NCBI GenBank assembly: GCA_964057225.1
Contig: CAXKVF010000072.1
Span: 744,001 to 808,000 of the forward strand
Reading direction: 5' to 3'
DNA from: Auanema rhodensis
Taxonomy: Eukaryota; Animalia; Nematoda
Length of the DNA stretch: 64,000 bases
Positions 1 through 13,382 of the stretch are shown here, piece by piece. Numbering within the stretch: position 1 is the stretch's first letter; each line of letters begins with the position of its first letter. A program made the position numbers and the translations under genes. The notes below the pieces were generated by a model. The model made no database searches, had not been told where the DNA came from, and saw nothing but the letters and a program-made list of their open reading frames with translations.

Positions 1-11
1 TCACGTGTACA

Positions 12-31
12 TTTAATTAGCATAAATTAAA
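12..31. repeat. Inverted repeat TTTAATT-(AGCATA)-AATTAAA, present in nearly every monomer
   Basis: 7-bp perfectly complementary arms with a 6-nt spacer, read directly. Confidence 0.9.
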
Positions 32-50
32 GTTCACGTAAATTTCAAAG

Positions 51-65
51 TCATGGTTACCATGA
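51..65. repeat. 15-bp interrupted palindrome TCATGGT-T-ACCATGA, in most monomers (13 bp in CACC-allele monomers)
   Basis: 7-bp arms around a single central base. Contains GGTNACC. Confidence 0.92.
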
Positions 66-76
66 AGCAATATCAA

Positions 77-92
77 TAAAAATTTGTTTTTA
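77..92. repeat. Inverted repeat TAAAAA-(TTTG)-TTTTTA; its A-run is the only indel site seen in the array
   Basis: 6-bp arms with a 4-nt spacer, read directly. Confidence 0.85.
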
Positions 93-143
93 GACTAATA
101 TGGACATGGGGAATCTAATTTTGAAAACCGCATCTCTTTATCT

Positions 144-153
144 TTCACGTGAA
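144..153. promoter_or_regulatory. Perfect 10-bp palindrome TTCACGTGAA (E-box/G-box core CACGTG); putative bHLH/bZIP site repeated once per monomer
   Basis: The sequence is self-complementary and CACGTG is the canonical E-box/G-box. Protein binding is not shown by the sequence. Confidence 0.45.
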
Positions 154-175
154 GCGAGTTACATACCAAGTGCAC

Positions 176-183
176 ATCACGTG
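176..183 (+). promoter_or_regulatory. ATCACGTG: second E-box per monomer, matching RTCACRTG (Cbf1/USF/MITF-type bHLH-LZ site)
   Basis: Exact motif match across each monomer junction. Function unproven. Confidence 0.4.
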
Positions 184-352
184 TACATTTAATTAGCATA
201 AATTAAAGTTCACGTAAATTTCAAAGTCATGGTTACCATGAACCAATATCAATAAAAATTTGTTTTTAGACTAATATGGACATGGGGAATCTAATTTTGA
301 AAACCGCATCTCTTTATCTTTCACGTGAAGCGAGTTACATACCAAGTGCACA

Positions 353-3300
353 TCACGTGTACATTTAATTAGCATAAATTAAAGTTCACGTAAATTTCAA
401 AGTCATGGTTACCATGCACCAATATCAATAAAAATTTGTTTTTAGACTAATATGGACATGGGGAATCTAATTTTGAAAACCGCATCTCTTTATCTTTCAC
501 GTGAAGCGAGTTACATACCAAGTGCACATCACGTGTACATTTAATTAGCATAAATTAAAGTTCACGTAAATTTCAAAGTCATGGTTACCATGAACCAATA
601 TCGATAAAAATTTGTTTTTAGACTAATATGGACATGGGGAATCTAATTTTGAAAACCGCATCTCTTTATCTTTCACGTGAAGCGAGTTATATACCAAGTG
701 CACATCACGTGTACATTTAATTAGCATAAATTAAAGTTCACGTAAATTTCAAAGTCATGGTTACCATGAAGCAATATCAATAAAAATTTGTTTTTAGACT
801 AATATGGACATGGGGAATCTAATTTTGAAAACCGCATCTCTTTATCTTTCACGCGAAGCGAGTTACATACCAAGTGCACATCACGTGTACATTTAATTAG
901 CATAAATTAAAGTTCACGTAAATTTCAAAGTCATGGTTACCATGAACCAATATCAATAAAAATTTGTTTTTAGACTAATATGGACATGGGGAATCTAATT
1001 TTGAAAACCGCATCTCTTTATCTTTCACGTGAAGCGAGTTACATACCAAGTGCACATCACGTGTACATTTAATTAGCATAAATTAAAGTTCACGTAAATT
1101 TCAAAGTCATGGTTACCATGCACCAATATCAATAAAAATTTGTTTTTAGACTAATATGGACATGGGGAATCTAATTTTGAAAACCGCATCTCTTTATCTT
1201 TCACGTGAAGCGAGTTACATACCAAGTGCACATCACGTGTACATTTAATTAGCATAAATTAAAGTTCACGTAAATTTCAAAGTCATGGTTACCATGAACC
1301 AATATCGATAAAAATTTGTTTTTAGACTAATATGGACATGGGGAATCTAATTTTGAAAACCGCATCTCTTTATCTTTCACGTGAAGCGAGTTACATACCA
1401 AGTGCACATCACGTGTACATTTAATTAGCATAAATTAAAGTTCACGTAAATTTCAAAGTCATGGTTACCATGAAGCAATATCAATAAAAATTTGTTTTTA
1501 GACTAATATGGACATGGGGAATCTAATTTTGAAAACCGCATCTCTTTATCTTTCACGTGAAGCGAGTTACATACCAAGTGCACATCACGTGTACATTTAA
1601 TTAGCATAAATTAAAGTTCACGTAAATTTCAAAGTCATGGTTACCATGAACCAATATCAATAAAAATTTGTTTTTAGACTAATATGGACATGGGGAATCT
1701 AATTTTGAAAACCGCATCTCTTTATCTTTCACGTGAAGCGAGTTACATACCAAGTGCACATCACGTGTACATTTAATTAGCATAAATTAAAGTTCACGTA
1801 AATTTCAAAGTCATGGTTACCATGAACCAATATCAATAAAAATTTGTTTTTAGACTAATATGGACATGGGGAATCTAATTTTGAAAACCGCATCTCTTTA
1901 TCTTTCACGTGAAGCGAGTTACATACCAAGTGCACATCACGTGTACATTTAATTAGCATAAATTAAAGTTCACGTAAAATTCAAAGTCATGGTTACCATG
2001 CACCAATATCAATAAAAATTTGTTTTTAGACTAATATGGACATGGGGAATCTAATTTTGAAAACTGCATCACTTTATCTTTCACGTGAAGCGAGTTACAT
2101 ACCAAGTGCACATCACGTGTACATTTAATTAGCATAAATTAAAGTTCACGTAAATTTCAAAGTCATGGTTACCATGAACCAATATCAATAAAAATTTGTT
2201 TTTAGACTAATATGGACATGGGGAATCTAATTTTGAAAACCGCATCTCTTTATCTTTCACGTGAAGCGAGTTACATACCAAGTGCACATCACGTGTACAT
2301 TTAATTAGCATAAATTAAAGTTCACGTAAATTTCAAAGTCATGGTTACCATGAAGCAATATCAATAAAAATTTGTTTTTAGACTAATATGGACATGGGGA
2401 ATCTAATTTTGAAAACCGCATCTCTTTATCTTTCACGTGAAGCGAGTTACATACCAAGTGCACATCACGTGTACATTTAATTAGCATAAATTAAAGTTCA
2501 CGTAAATTTCAAAGTCATGGTTACCATGAAGCAATATCAATAAAAATTTGTTTTTAGACTAATATGGACATGGGGAATCTAATTTTGAAAACCGCATCTC
2601 TTTATCTTTCACGTGAAGCGAGTTACATACCAAGTGCACATCACGTGTACATTTAATTAGCATAAATTAAAGTTCACGTAAATTTCAAAGTCATGGTTAC
2701 CATGAAGCAATATCAATAAAAATTTGTTTTTAGACTAATATGGACATGGGGAATCTAATTTTGAAAACCGCATCTCTTTATCTTTCACGTGAAGCGAGTT
2801 ACATACCAAGTGCACATCACGTGTACATTTAATTAGCATAAATTAAAGTTCACGTAAAATTCAAAGTCATGGTTACCATGAACCAATATCAATAAAAATT
2901 TGTTTTTAGACTAATATGGACATGGGGAATCTAATTTTGAAAACCGCATCTCTTTATCTTTCACGTGAAGCGAGTTACATACCAAGTGCACATCACGTGT
3001 ACATTTAATTAGCATAAATTAAAGTTCACGTAAATTTCAAAGTCATGGTTACCATGAACCAATATCAATAAAAATTTGTTTTTAGACTAATATGGACATG
3101 GGGAATCTAATTTTGAAAACCGCATCTCTTTATCTTTCACGTGAAGCGAGTTACATACCAAGTGCACATCACGTGTACATTTAATTAGCATAAATTAAAG
3201 TTCACGTAAATTTCAAAGTCATGGTTACCATGCACCAATATCAATAAAAATTTGTTTTTAGACTAATATGGACATGGGGAATCTAATTTTGAAAACCGCA

Positions 3301-6300
3301 TCTCTTTATCTTTCACGTGAAGCGAGTTACATACCAAGTGCACATCACGTGTACATTTAATTAGCATAAATTAAAGTTCACGTAAATTTCAAAGTCATGG
3401 TTACCATGAACCAATATCGATAAAAATTTGTTTTTAGACTAATATGGACATGGGGAATCTAATTTTGAAAACCGCATCTCTTTATCTTTCACGTGAAGCG
3501 AGTTATATACCAAGTGCACATCACGTGTACATTTAATTAGCATAAATTAAAGTTCACGTAAATTTCAAAGTCATGGTTACCATGAACCAATATCAATAAA
3601 AATTTGTTTTTAGACTAATATGGACATGGGGAATCTAATTTTGAAAACCGCATCTCTTTATCTTTCACGTGAAGCGAGTTACATACCAAGTGCACATCAC
3701 GTGTACATTTAATTAGCATAAATTAAAGTTCACGTAAATTTCAAAGTCATGGTTACCATGAAGCAATATCAATAAAAATTTGTTTTTAGACTAATATGGA
3801 CATGGGGAATCTAATTTTGAAAACCGCATCTCTTTATCTTTCACGTGAAGCGAGTTACATACCAAGTGCACATCACGTGTACATTTAATTAGCATAAATT
3901 AAAGTTCACGTAAATTTCAAAGTCATGGTTACCATGAACCAATATCAATAAAAATTTGTTTTTAGACTAATATGGACATGGGGAATCTAATTTTGAAAAC
4001 CGCATCTCTTTATCTTTCACGTGAAGCGAGTTACATACCAAGTGCACATCACGTGTACATTTAATTAGCATAAATTAAAGTTCACGTAAATTTCAAAGTC
4101 ATGGTTACCATGAACCAATATCAATAAAAATTTGTTTTTAGACTAATATGGACATGGGGAATCTAATTTTGAAAACCGCATCTCTTTATCTTTCACGTGA
4201 AGCGAGTTACATACCAAGTGCACATCACGTGTACATTTAATTAGCATAAATTAAAGTTCACGTAAAATTCAAAGTCATGGTTACCATGCACCAATATCAA
4301 TAAAAATTTGTTTTTAGACTAATATGGACATGGGGAATCTAATTTTGAAAACTGCATCACTTTATCTTTCACGTGAAGCGAGTTACATACCAAGTGCACA
4401 TCACGTGTACATTTAATTAGCATAAATTAAAGTTCACGTAAAATTCAAAGTCATGGTTACCATGAACCAATATCAATAAAAATTTGTTTTTAGACTAATA
4501 TGGACATGGGGAATCTAATTTTGAAAACCGCATCTCTTTATCTTTCACGTGAAGCGAGTTACATACCAAGTGCACATCACGTGTACATTTAATTAGCATA
4601 AATTAAAGTTCACGTAAATTTCAAAGTCATGGTTACCATGAAGCAATATCAATAAAAATTTGTTTTTAGACTAATATGGACAGGGGGAATCTAATTTTGA
4701 AAACCGCATCTCTTTATCTTTCACGTGAAGCGAGTTACATACCAAGTGCACATCACGTGTACATTTAATTAGCATAAATTAAAGTTCACGTAAATTTCAA
4801 AGTCATGGTTACCATGCACCAATATCAATAAAAATTTGTTTTTAGACTAATATGGACATGGGGAATCTAATTTTGAAAACCGCATCTCTTTATCTTTCAC
4901 GTGAAGCGAGTTACATACCAAGTGCACATCACGTGTACATTTAATTAGCATAAATTAAAGTTCACGTAAATTTCAAAGTCATGGTTACCATGAACCAATA
5001 TCGATAAAAATTTGTTTTTAGACTAATATGGACATGGGGAATCTAATTTTGAAAACCGCATCTCTTTATCTTTCACGTGAAGCGAGTTATATACCAAGTG
5101 CACATCACGTGTACATTTAATTAGCATAAATTAAAGTTCACGTAAATTTCAAAGTCATGGTTACCATGAAGCAATATCAATAAAAATTTGTTTTTAGACT
5201 AATATGGACATGGGGAATCTAATTTTGAAAACCGCATCTCTTTATCTTTCACGCGAAGCGAGTTACATACCAAGTGCACATCACGTGTACATTTAATTAG
5301 CATAAATTAAAGTTCACGTAAATTTCAAAGTCATGGTTACCATGAACCAATATCAATAAAAATTTGTTTTTAGACTAATATGGACATGGGGAATCTAATT
5401 TTGAAAACCGCATCTCTTTATCTTTCACGTGAAGCGAGTTACATACCAAGTGCACATCACGTGTACATTTAATTAGCATAAATTAAAGTTCACGTAAATT
5501 TCAAAGTCATGGTTACCATGCACCAATATCAATAAAAATTTGTTTTTAGACTAATATGGAAATGGGGAATCTAATTTTGAAAACCGCATCTCTTTATCTT
5601 TCACGTGAAGCGAGTTACATACCAAGTGCACATCACGTGTACATTTAATTAGCATAAATTAAAGTTCACGTAAATTTCAAAGTCATGGTTACCATGAACC
5701 AATATCGATAAAAATTTGTTTTTAGACTAATATGGACATGGGGAATCTAATTTTGAAAACCGCATCTCTTTATCTTTCACGTGAAGCGAGTTATATACCA
5801 AGTGCACATCACGTGTACATTTAATTAGCATAAATTAAAGTTCACGTAAATTTCAAAGTCATGGTTACCATGAAGCAATATCAATAAAAATTTGTTTTTA
5901 GACTAATATGGACATGGGGAATCTAATTTTGAAAACCGCATCTCTTTATCTTTCACGTGAAGCGAGTTACATACCAAGTGCACATCACGTGTACATTTAA
6001 TTAGCATAAATTAAAGTTCACGTAAATTTCAAAGTCATGGTTACCATGAACTAATATCAATAAAAAATTTGTTTTTAGACTAATATGGACATGGGGAATC
6101 TAATTTTGAAAACCGCATCTCTTTATCTTTCACGTGAAGCGAGTTACATACCAAGTGCACATCACGTGTACATTTAATTAGCATAAATTAAAGTTCACGT
6201 AAATTTCAAAGTCATGGTTACCATGAAGCAATATCAATAAAAATTTGTTTTTAGACTAATATGGACAGGGGGAATCTAATTTTGAAAACCGCATCTCTTT

Positions 6301-7393
6301 ATCTTTCACGTGAAGCGAGTTACATACCAAGTGCACATCACGTGTACATTTAATTAGCATAAATTAAAGTTCACGTAAATTTCAAAGTCATGGTTACCAT
6401 GAACCAATATCGATAAAAATTTGTTTTTAGACTAATATGGACATGGGGAATCTAATTTTGAAAACCGCATCTCTTTATCTTTCACGTGAAGCGAGTTATA
6501 TACCAAGTGCACATCACGTGTACATTTAATTAGCATAAATTAAAGTTCACGTAAATTTCAAAGTCATGGTTACCATGAAGCAATATCAATAAAAATTTGT
6601 TTTTAGACTAATATGGACATGGGGAATCTAATTTTGAAAACCGCATCTCTTTATCTTTCACGCGAAGCGAGTTACATACCAAGTGCACATCACGTGTACA
6701 TTTAATTAGCATAAATTAAAGTTCACGTAAATTTCAAAGTCATGGTTACCATGAACCAATATCAATAAAAATTTGTTTTTAGACTAATATGGACATGGGG
6801 AATCTAATTTTGAAAACCGCATCTCTTTATCTTTCACGTGAAGCGAGTTACATACCAAGTGCACATCACGTGTACATTTAATTAGCATAAATTAAAGTTC
6901 ACGTAAATTTCAAAGTCATGGTTACCATGCACCAATATCAATAAAAATTTGTTTTTAGACTAATATGGACATGGGGAATCTAATTTTGAAAACCGCATCT
7001 CTTTATCTTTCACGTGAAGCGAGTTACATACCAAGTGCACATCACGTGTACATTTAATTAGCATAAATTAAAGTTCACGTAAATTTCAAAGTCATGGTTA
7101 CCATGAACCAATATCGATAAAAATTTGTTTTTAGACTAATATGGACATGGGGAATCTAATTTTGAAAACCGCATCTCTTTATCTTTCACGTGAAGCGAGT
7201 TATATACCAAGTGCACATCACGTGTACATTTAATTAGCATAAATTAAAGTTCACGTAAATTTCAAAGTCATGGTTACCATGAAGCAATATCAATAAAAAT
7301 TTGTTTTTAGACTAATATGGACATGGGAAATCTAATTTTGAAAACCGCATCTCTTTATCTTTCACGTGAAGCGAGTTACATACCAAGTGCACA
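353..7393 (+). repeat. Variant domain A: imperfect 4-monomer (704 bp) higher-order pattern
   Basis: Recurring order CACC / ATCGAT+GTTAT / AAGC(+CACGCG) / consensus. ATCGAT monomers start at 529, 1233, 3345, 4929, 5633, 6338 and 7042. Confidence 0.75.
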
Positions 7394-10300
7394 TCACGTT
7401 TACATTTAATTAGCATAAATTAAAGTTCACGTAAATTTCAAAGTCATGGTTACCATGAACCAATATCAATAAAAATTTGTTTTTAGACTAATATGGACAT
7501 GGGGAATCTAATTTTGAAAACCGCATCTCTTTATCTTTCACAAGAAGCGAGTTACATACCAAGTGCACATCACGTGTACATTTAATTAGCATAAATTAAA
7601 GTTCACGTAAATTTCAAAGTCATGGTTACCATGAACCAATATCAATAAAAATTTGTTTTTAGACTAATATGGACATGGGGAATCTAATTTTGAAAACCGC
7701 ATCTCTTTATCTTTCACGTGAAGCGAGTTACATACCAAGTGCACATCACGTGTACATTTAATTAGCATAAATTAAAGTTCACGTAAATTTCAAAGTCATG
7801 GTTACCATGAACTAATATCAATAAAAAATTTGTTTTTAGACTAATATGGACATGGGGAATCTAATTTTGAAAACCGCATCTCTTTATCTTTCACGTGAAG
7901 CGAGTTACATACCAAGTGCACATCACGTGTACATTTAATTAGCATAAATTAAAGTTCACGTAAATTTCAAAGTCATGGTTACCATGAAGCAATATCAATA
8001 AAAATTTGTTTTTAGACTAATATGGACAGGGGGAATCTAATTTTGAAAACCGCATCTCTTTATCTTTCACGTGAAGCGAGTTACATACCAAGTGCACATC
8101 ACGTGTACATTTAATTAGCATAAATTAAAGTTCACGTAAATTTCAAAGTCATGGTTACCATGAACCAATATCAATAAAAATTTGTTTTTAGACTAATATG
8201 GACATGAGGAATCTAATTTTGAAAACCGCATCTCTTTATCTTTCACGTGAAGCGAGTTACATACCAAGTGCACATCACGTGTACATTCAATTAGCATAAA
8301 TTAAAGTTCACGTAAAATTCAAAGTCATGGTTACCATGAACCAATATCAATAAAAATTTGTTTTTAGACTAATATGGACATGGGGAATCTAATTTTGAAA
8401 ACCGCATCTCTTTATCTTTCACGTGAAGCGAGTTACATACCAAGTGCACATCACGTGTACATTTAATTAGCATAAATTAAAGTTCACGTAAATTTCAAAG
8501 TCATGGTTACCATGAACCAATATCAATAAAAATTTGTTTTTAGACTAATATGGACATGGGGAATCTAATTTTGAAAACCGCATCTCTTTATCTTTCACAA
8601 GAAGCGAGTTACATACCAAGTGCACATCACGTGTACATTTAATTCGCATAAATTAAAGTTCACGTAAATTTCAAAGTCATGGTTACCATGAACCAATATC
8701 AATAAAAATTTGTTTTTAGACTAATATGGACATGGGGAATCTAATTTTGAAAACCGCATCTCTTTATCTTTCACGTGAAGCGAGTTACATACCAAGTGCA
8801 CATCACGTGTACATTTAATTAGCATAAATTAAAGTTCACGTAAATTTCAAAGTCATGGTTACCATGAACTAATATCAATAAAAAATTTGTTTTTAGACTA
8901 ATATGGACATGGGGAATCTAATTTTGAAAACCGCATCTCTTTATCTTTCACGTGAAGCGAGTTACATACCAAGTGCACATCACGTGTACATTTAATTAGC
9001 ATAAATTAAAGTTCACGTAAATTTCAAAGTCATGGTTACCATGAAGCAATATCAATAAAAATTTGTTTTTAGACTAATATGGACAGGGGGAATCTAATTT
9101 TGAAAACCGCATCTCTTTATCTTTTACGTGAAGCGAGTTACATACCAAGTGCACATCACGTGTACATTTAATTAGCATAAATTAAAGTTCACGTAAATTT
9201 CAAAGTCATGGTTACCATGCACCAACATCAATAAAAATTTGTTTTTAGACTAATATGGACATGGGGAATCTAATGTTGAAAACCGCATCTCTTTATCTTT
9301 CACGTGAAGCGAGTTACATACCAAGTGCACATCACGTGTACATTTAATTAGCATAAATTAAAGTTCACGTAAATTTCAAAGTCATGGTTACCATGAACCA
9401 ATATCAATAAAAATTTGTTTTTAGACTAATATGGACAGGGGGAATCTAATTTTGAAAACCGCATCTCTTTATCTTTCACGTGAAGCGAGTTACATACCAA
9501 GTGCACATCACGTGTACATTTAATTAGCATAAATTAAAGTTCACGTAAATTTCAAAGTCATGGTTACCATGAACCAATATCAATAAAAATTTGTTTTTAG
9601 ACTAATATGGACATGAGGAATCTAATTTTGAAAACCGCATCTCTTTATCTTTCACGTGAAGCGAGTTACATACCAAGTGCACATCACGTGTACATTCAAT
9701 TAGCATAAATTAAAGTTCACGTAAAATTCAAAGTCATGGTTACCATGAACCAATATCAATAAAAATTTGTTTTTAGACTAATATGGACATGGGGAATCTA
9801 ATTTTGAAAACCGCATCTCTTTATCTTTCACGTGAAGCGAGTTACATACCAAGTGCACATCACGTGTACATTTAATTAGCATAAATTAAAGTTCACGTAA
9901 ATTTCAAAGTCATGGTTACCATGAACCAATATCAATAAAAATTTGTTTTTAGACTAATATGGACATGAGGAATCTAATTTTGAAAACCGCATCTCTTTAT
10001 CTTTCACGTGAAGCGAGTTACATACCAAGTGCACATCACGTGTACATTCAATTAGCATAAATTAAAGTTCACGTAAAATTCAAAGTCATGGTTACCATGA
10101 ACCAATATCAATAAAAATTTGTTTTTAGACTAATATGGACATGGGGAATCTAATTTTGAAAACCGCATCTCTTTATCTTTCACAAGAAGCGAGTTACATA
10201 CCAAGTGCACATCACGTGTACATTTAATTAGCATAAATTAAAGTTCACGTAAATTTCAAAGTCATGGTTACCATGAACCAATATCAATAAAAATTTGTTT

Positions 10301-13300
10301 TTAGACTAATATGGACATGGGGAATCTAATTTTGAAAACCGCATCTCTTTATCTTTCACGTGAAGCGAGTTACATACCAAGTGCACATCACGTGTACATT
10401 TAATTAGCATAAATTAAAGTTCACGTAAATTTCAAAGTCATGGTTACCATGAACCAATATCAATAAAAAATTTGTTTTTAGACTAATATGGACATGGGGA
10501 ATCTAATTTTGAAAACCGCATCTCTTTATCTTTCACGTGAAGCGAGTTACATACCAAGTGCACATCACGTGTACATTTAATTAGCATAAATTAAAGTTCA
10601 CGTAAATTTCAAAGTCATGGTTACCATGAACCAATATCAATAAAAATTTGTTTTTAGACTAATATGGACATGAGGAATCTAATTTTGAAAACCGCATCTC
10701 TTTATCTTTCACGTGAAGCGAGTTACATACCAAGTGCACATCACGTGTACATTCAATTAGCATAAATTAAAGTTCACGTAAAATTCAAAGTCATGGTTAC
10801 CATGAACCAATATCAATAAAAATTTGTTTTTAGACTAATATGGACATGGGGAATCTAATTTTGAAAACCGCATCTCTTTATCTTTCACGTGAAGCGAGTT
10901 ACATACCAAGTGCACATCACGTGTACATTTAATTAGCATAAATTAAAGTTCACGTAAATTTCAAAGTCATGGTTACCATGAACCAATATCAATAAAAATT
11001 TGTTTTTAGACTAATATGGACATGGGGAATCTAATTTTGAAAACCGCATCTCTTTATCTTTCACAAGAAGCGAGTTACATACCAAGTGCACATCACGTGT
11101 ACATTTAATTAGCATAAATTAAAGTTCACGTAAATTTCAAAGTCATGGTTACCATGAACCAATATCAATAAAAATTTGTTTTTAGACTAATATGGACATG
11201 GGGAATCTAATTTTGAAAACCGCATCTCTTTATCTTTCACGTGAAGCGAGTTACATACCAAGTGCACATCACGTGTACATTTAATTAGCATAAATTAAAG
11301 TTCACGTAAATTTCAAAGTCATGGTTACCATGAATTAATATCAATAAAAAATTTGTTTTTAGACTAATATGGACATGGGGAATCTAATTTTGAAAACCGC
11401 ATCTCTTTATCTTTCACGTGAAGCGAGTTACATACCAAGTGCACATCACGTGTACATTTAATTAGCATAAATTAAAGTTCACGTAAATTTCAAAGTCATG
11501 GTTACCATGAAGCAATATCAATAAAAATTTGTTTTTAGACTAATATGGACAGGGGGAATCTAAGTTTGAAAACCGCATCTCTTTATCTTTCACGTGAAGC
11601 AAGTTACATACCAAGTGCACATCACGTGTACATTTAATCAGCATAAATTAAAGTTCACGTAAATTTCAAAGTCATGGTTACCATGAACCAATATCAATAA
11701 AAATTTGTTTTTAGACTAATATGGACATGAGGAATCTAATTTTGAAAACCGCATCTCTTTATCTTTCACGTGAAGCGAGTTACATACCAAGTGCACATCA
11801 CGTGTACATTCAATTAGCATAAATTAAAGTTCACGTAAAATTCAAAGTCATGGTTACCATGAACCAATATCAATAAAAATTTGTTTTTAGACTAATATGG
11901 ACATGGGGAATCTAATTTTAAAAACCGCATCTCTTTATCTTTCACGTGAAGCGAGTTACATACCAAGTGCACATCACGTGTACATTTAATTAGCATAAAT
12001 TAAAGTTCACGTAAATTTCAAAGTCATGGTTACCATGCACCAACTTCAATAAAAATTTGTTTTTAGACTAATATGGACATGAGGAATCTAATTTTGAAAA
12101 CCGCATCTCTTTATCTATCACGTGAAGCGAGTTACATACCAAGTGCACATCACGTGTACATTCAATTAGCATAAATTAAAGTTCACGTAAAATTCAAAGT
12201 CATGGTTACCATGAACCAATATCAATAAAAATTTGTTTTTAGACTAATATGGACATGGGGAATCTAATTTTGAAAACCGCATCTCTTTATCTTTCACGTG
12301 AAGCGAGTTACATACCAAGTGCACATCACGTGTACATTTAATTAGCATAAATTAAAGTTCACGTAAATTTCAAAGTCATGGTTACCATGAACCAATATCA
12401 ATAAAAATTTGTTTTTAGACTATTATGGACATGGGGAATCTAATTTTGAAAACCGCATCTCTTTATCTTTCACAAGAAGCGAGTTACATACCAAGTGCAC
12501 ATCACGTGTACATTTAATTAGCATAAATTAAAGTTCACGTAAATTTCAAAGTCATGGTTACCATGAACCAATATCAATAAAAATTTGTTTTTAGACTAAT
12601 ATGGACATGGGGAATCTAATTTTGAAAACCGCATCTCTTTATCTTTCACGTGAAGCGAGTTACATACCAAGTGCACATCACGTGTACATTTAATTAGCAT
12701 AAATTAAAGTTCACGTAAATTTCAAAGTCATGGTTACCATGAACTAATATCAATAAAAAATTTGTTTTTAGACTAATATGGACATGGGGAATCTAATTTT
12801 GAAAACCGCATCTCTTTATCTTTCACGTGAAGCGAGTTACATACCAAGTGCACATCACGTGTACATTTAATTAGCATAAATTAAAGTTCACGTAAATTTC
12901 AAAGTCATGGTTACCATGAAGCAATATCAATAAAAATTTGTTTTTAGACTAATATGGACAGAGGGAATCTAAGTTTGAAAACCGCATCTCTTTATCTTTC
13001 ACGTGAAGCGAGTTACATACCAAGTGCACATCACGTGTACATTTAATCAGCATAAATTAAAGTTCACGTAAATTTCAAAGTCATGGTTACCATGAACCAA
13101 TATCAATAAAAATTTGTTTTTAGACTAATATGGACATGAGGAATCTAATTTTGAAAACCGCATCTCTTTATCTTTCACGTGAAGCGAGTTACATACCAAG
13201 TGCACATCACGTGTACATTCAATTAGCATAAATTAAAGTTCACGTAAAATTCAAAGTCATGGTTACCATGAACCAATATCAATAAAAATTTGTTTTTAGA

Positions 13301-13382
13301 CTAATATGGACATGGGGAATCTAATTTTGAAAACCGCATCTCTTTATCTTTCACGTGAAGCGAGTTACATACCAAGTGCACA
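7394..13382 (+). repeat. Variant domain B: ~6-monomer (1057 bp) higher-order repeat
   Basis: Order CACAAG / consensus / AACT+A-insertion / AAGC+CAGGGG / ATGAGG / TTCAATT+AAAAT. CACAAG monomers start at 7394, 8451, 10036, 10917 and 12326. Confidence 0.8.

Larger units (their letters stand above)
1..176 (+). repeat. Representative monomer (phase arbitrary, set by the window start)
   Basis: 176 bp with 5 CpG. Monomer 1 carries the AAGC allele at positions 65-68, where the consensus is AACC (consensus base counts: 30 C, 26 G). Confidence 0.98.

Noticed and set aside
75-92. AATAAA poly(A) signal or terminator-like hairpin plus T-run
   Set aside because: Expected by chance in AT-rich DNA, and there is no associated transcription unit.
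1-176. Identity with known similarly sized satellites (honeybee AluI 176 bp, Brassica CentBr 176 bp, Arabidopsis CEN178, primate alpha satellite)
   Set aside because: The consensus has no AGCT or AAGCTT site and no CENP-B box, and I recognise no similarity. Length alone is insufficient, and a BLAST search is needed to settle this.
1-176. Tandem 5S rRNA, tRNA, snRNA or spliced-leader gene array
   Set aside because: No Pol III A/B/C boxes, cloverleaf or recognisable conserved RNA sequence. The unit is 68% AT.
176-306. Resemblance to a budding-yeast point centromere: ATCACGTG (CDEI match), 77-bp AT-rich spacer, then TGTTTTT
   Set aside because: The spacer is only ~77% AT, whereas CDEII is typically above 90%. 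The essential CDEIII CCGAA core does not follow TGTTTTT; the only CCG is ~40 bp away in the wrong context. Point centromeres are also single-copy. Probably coincidental.
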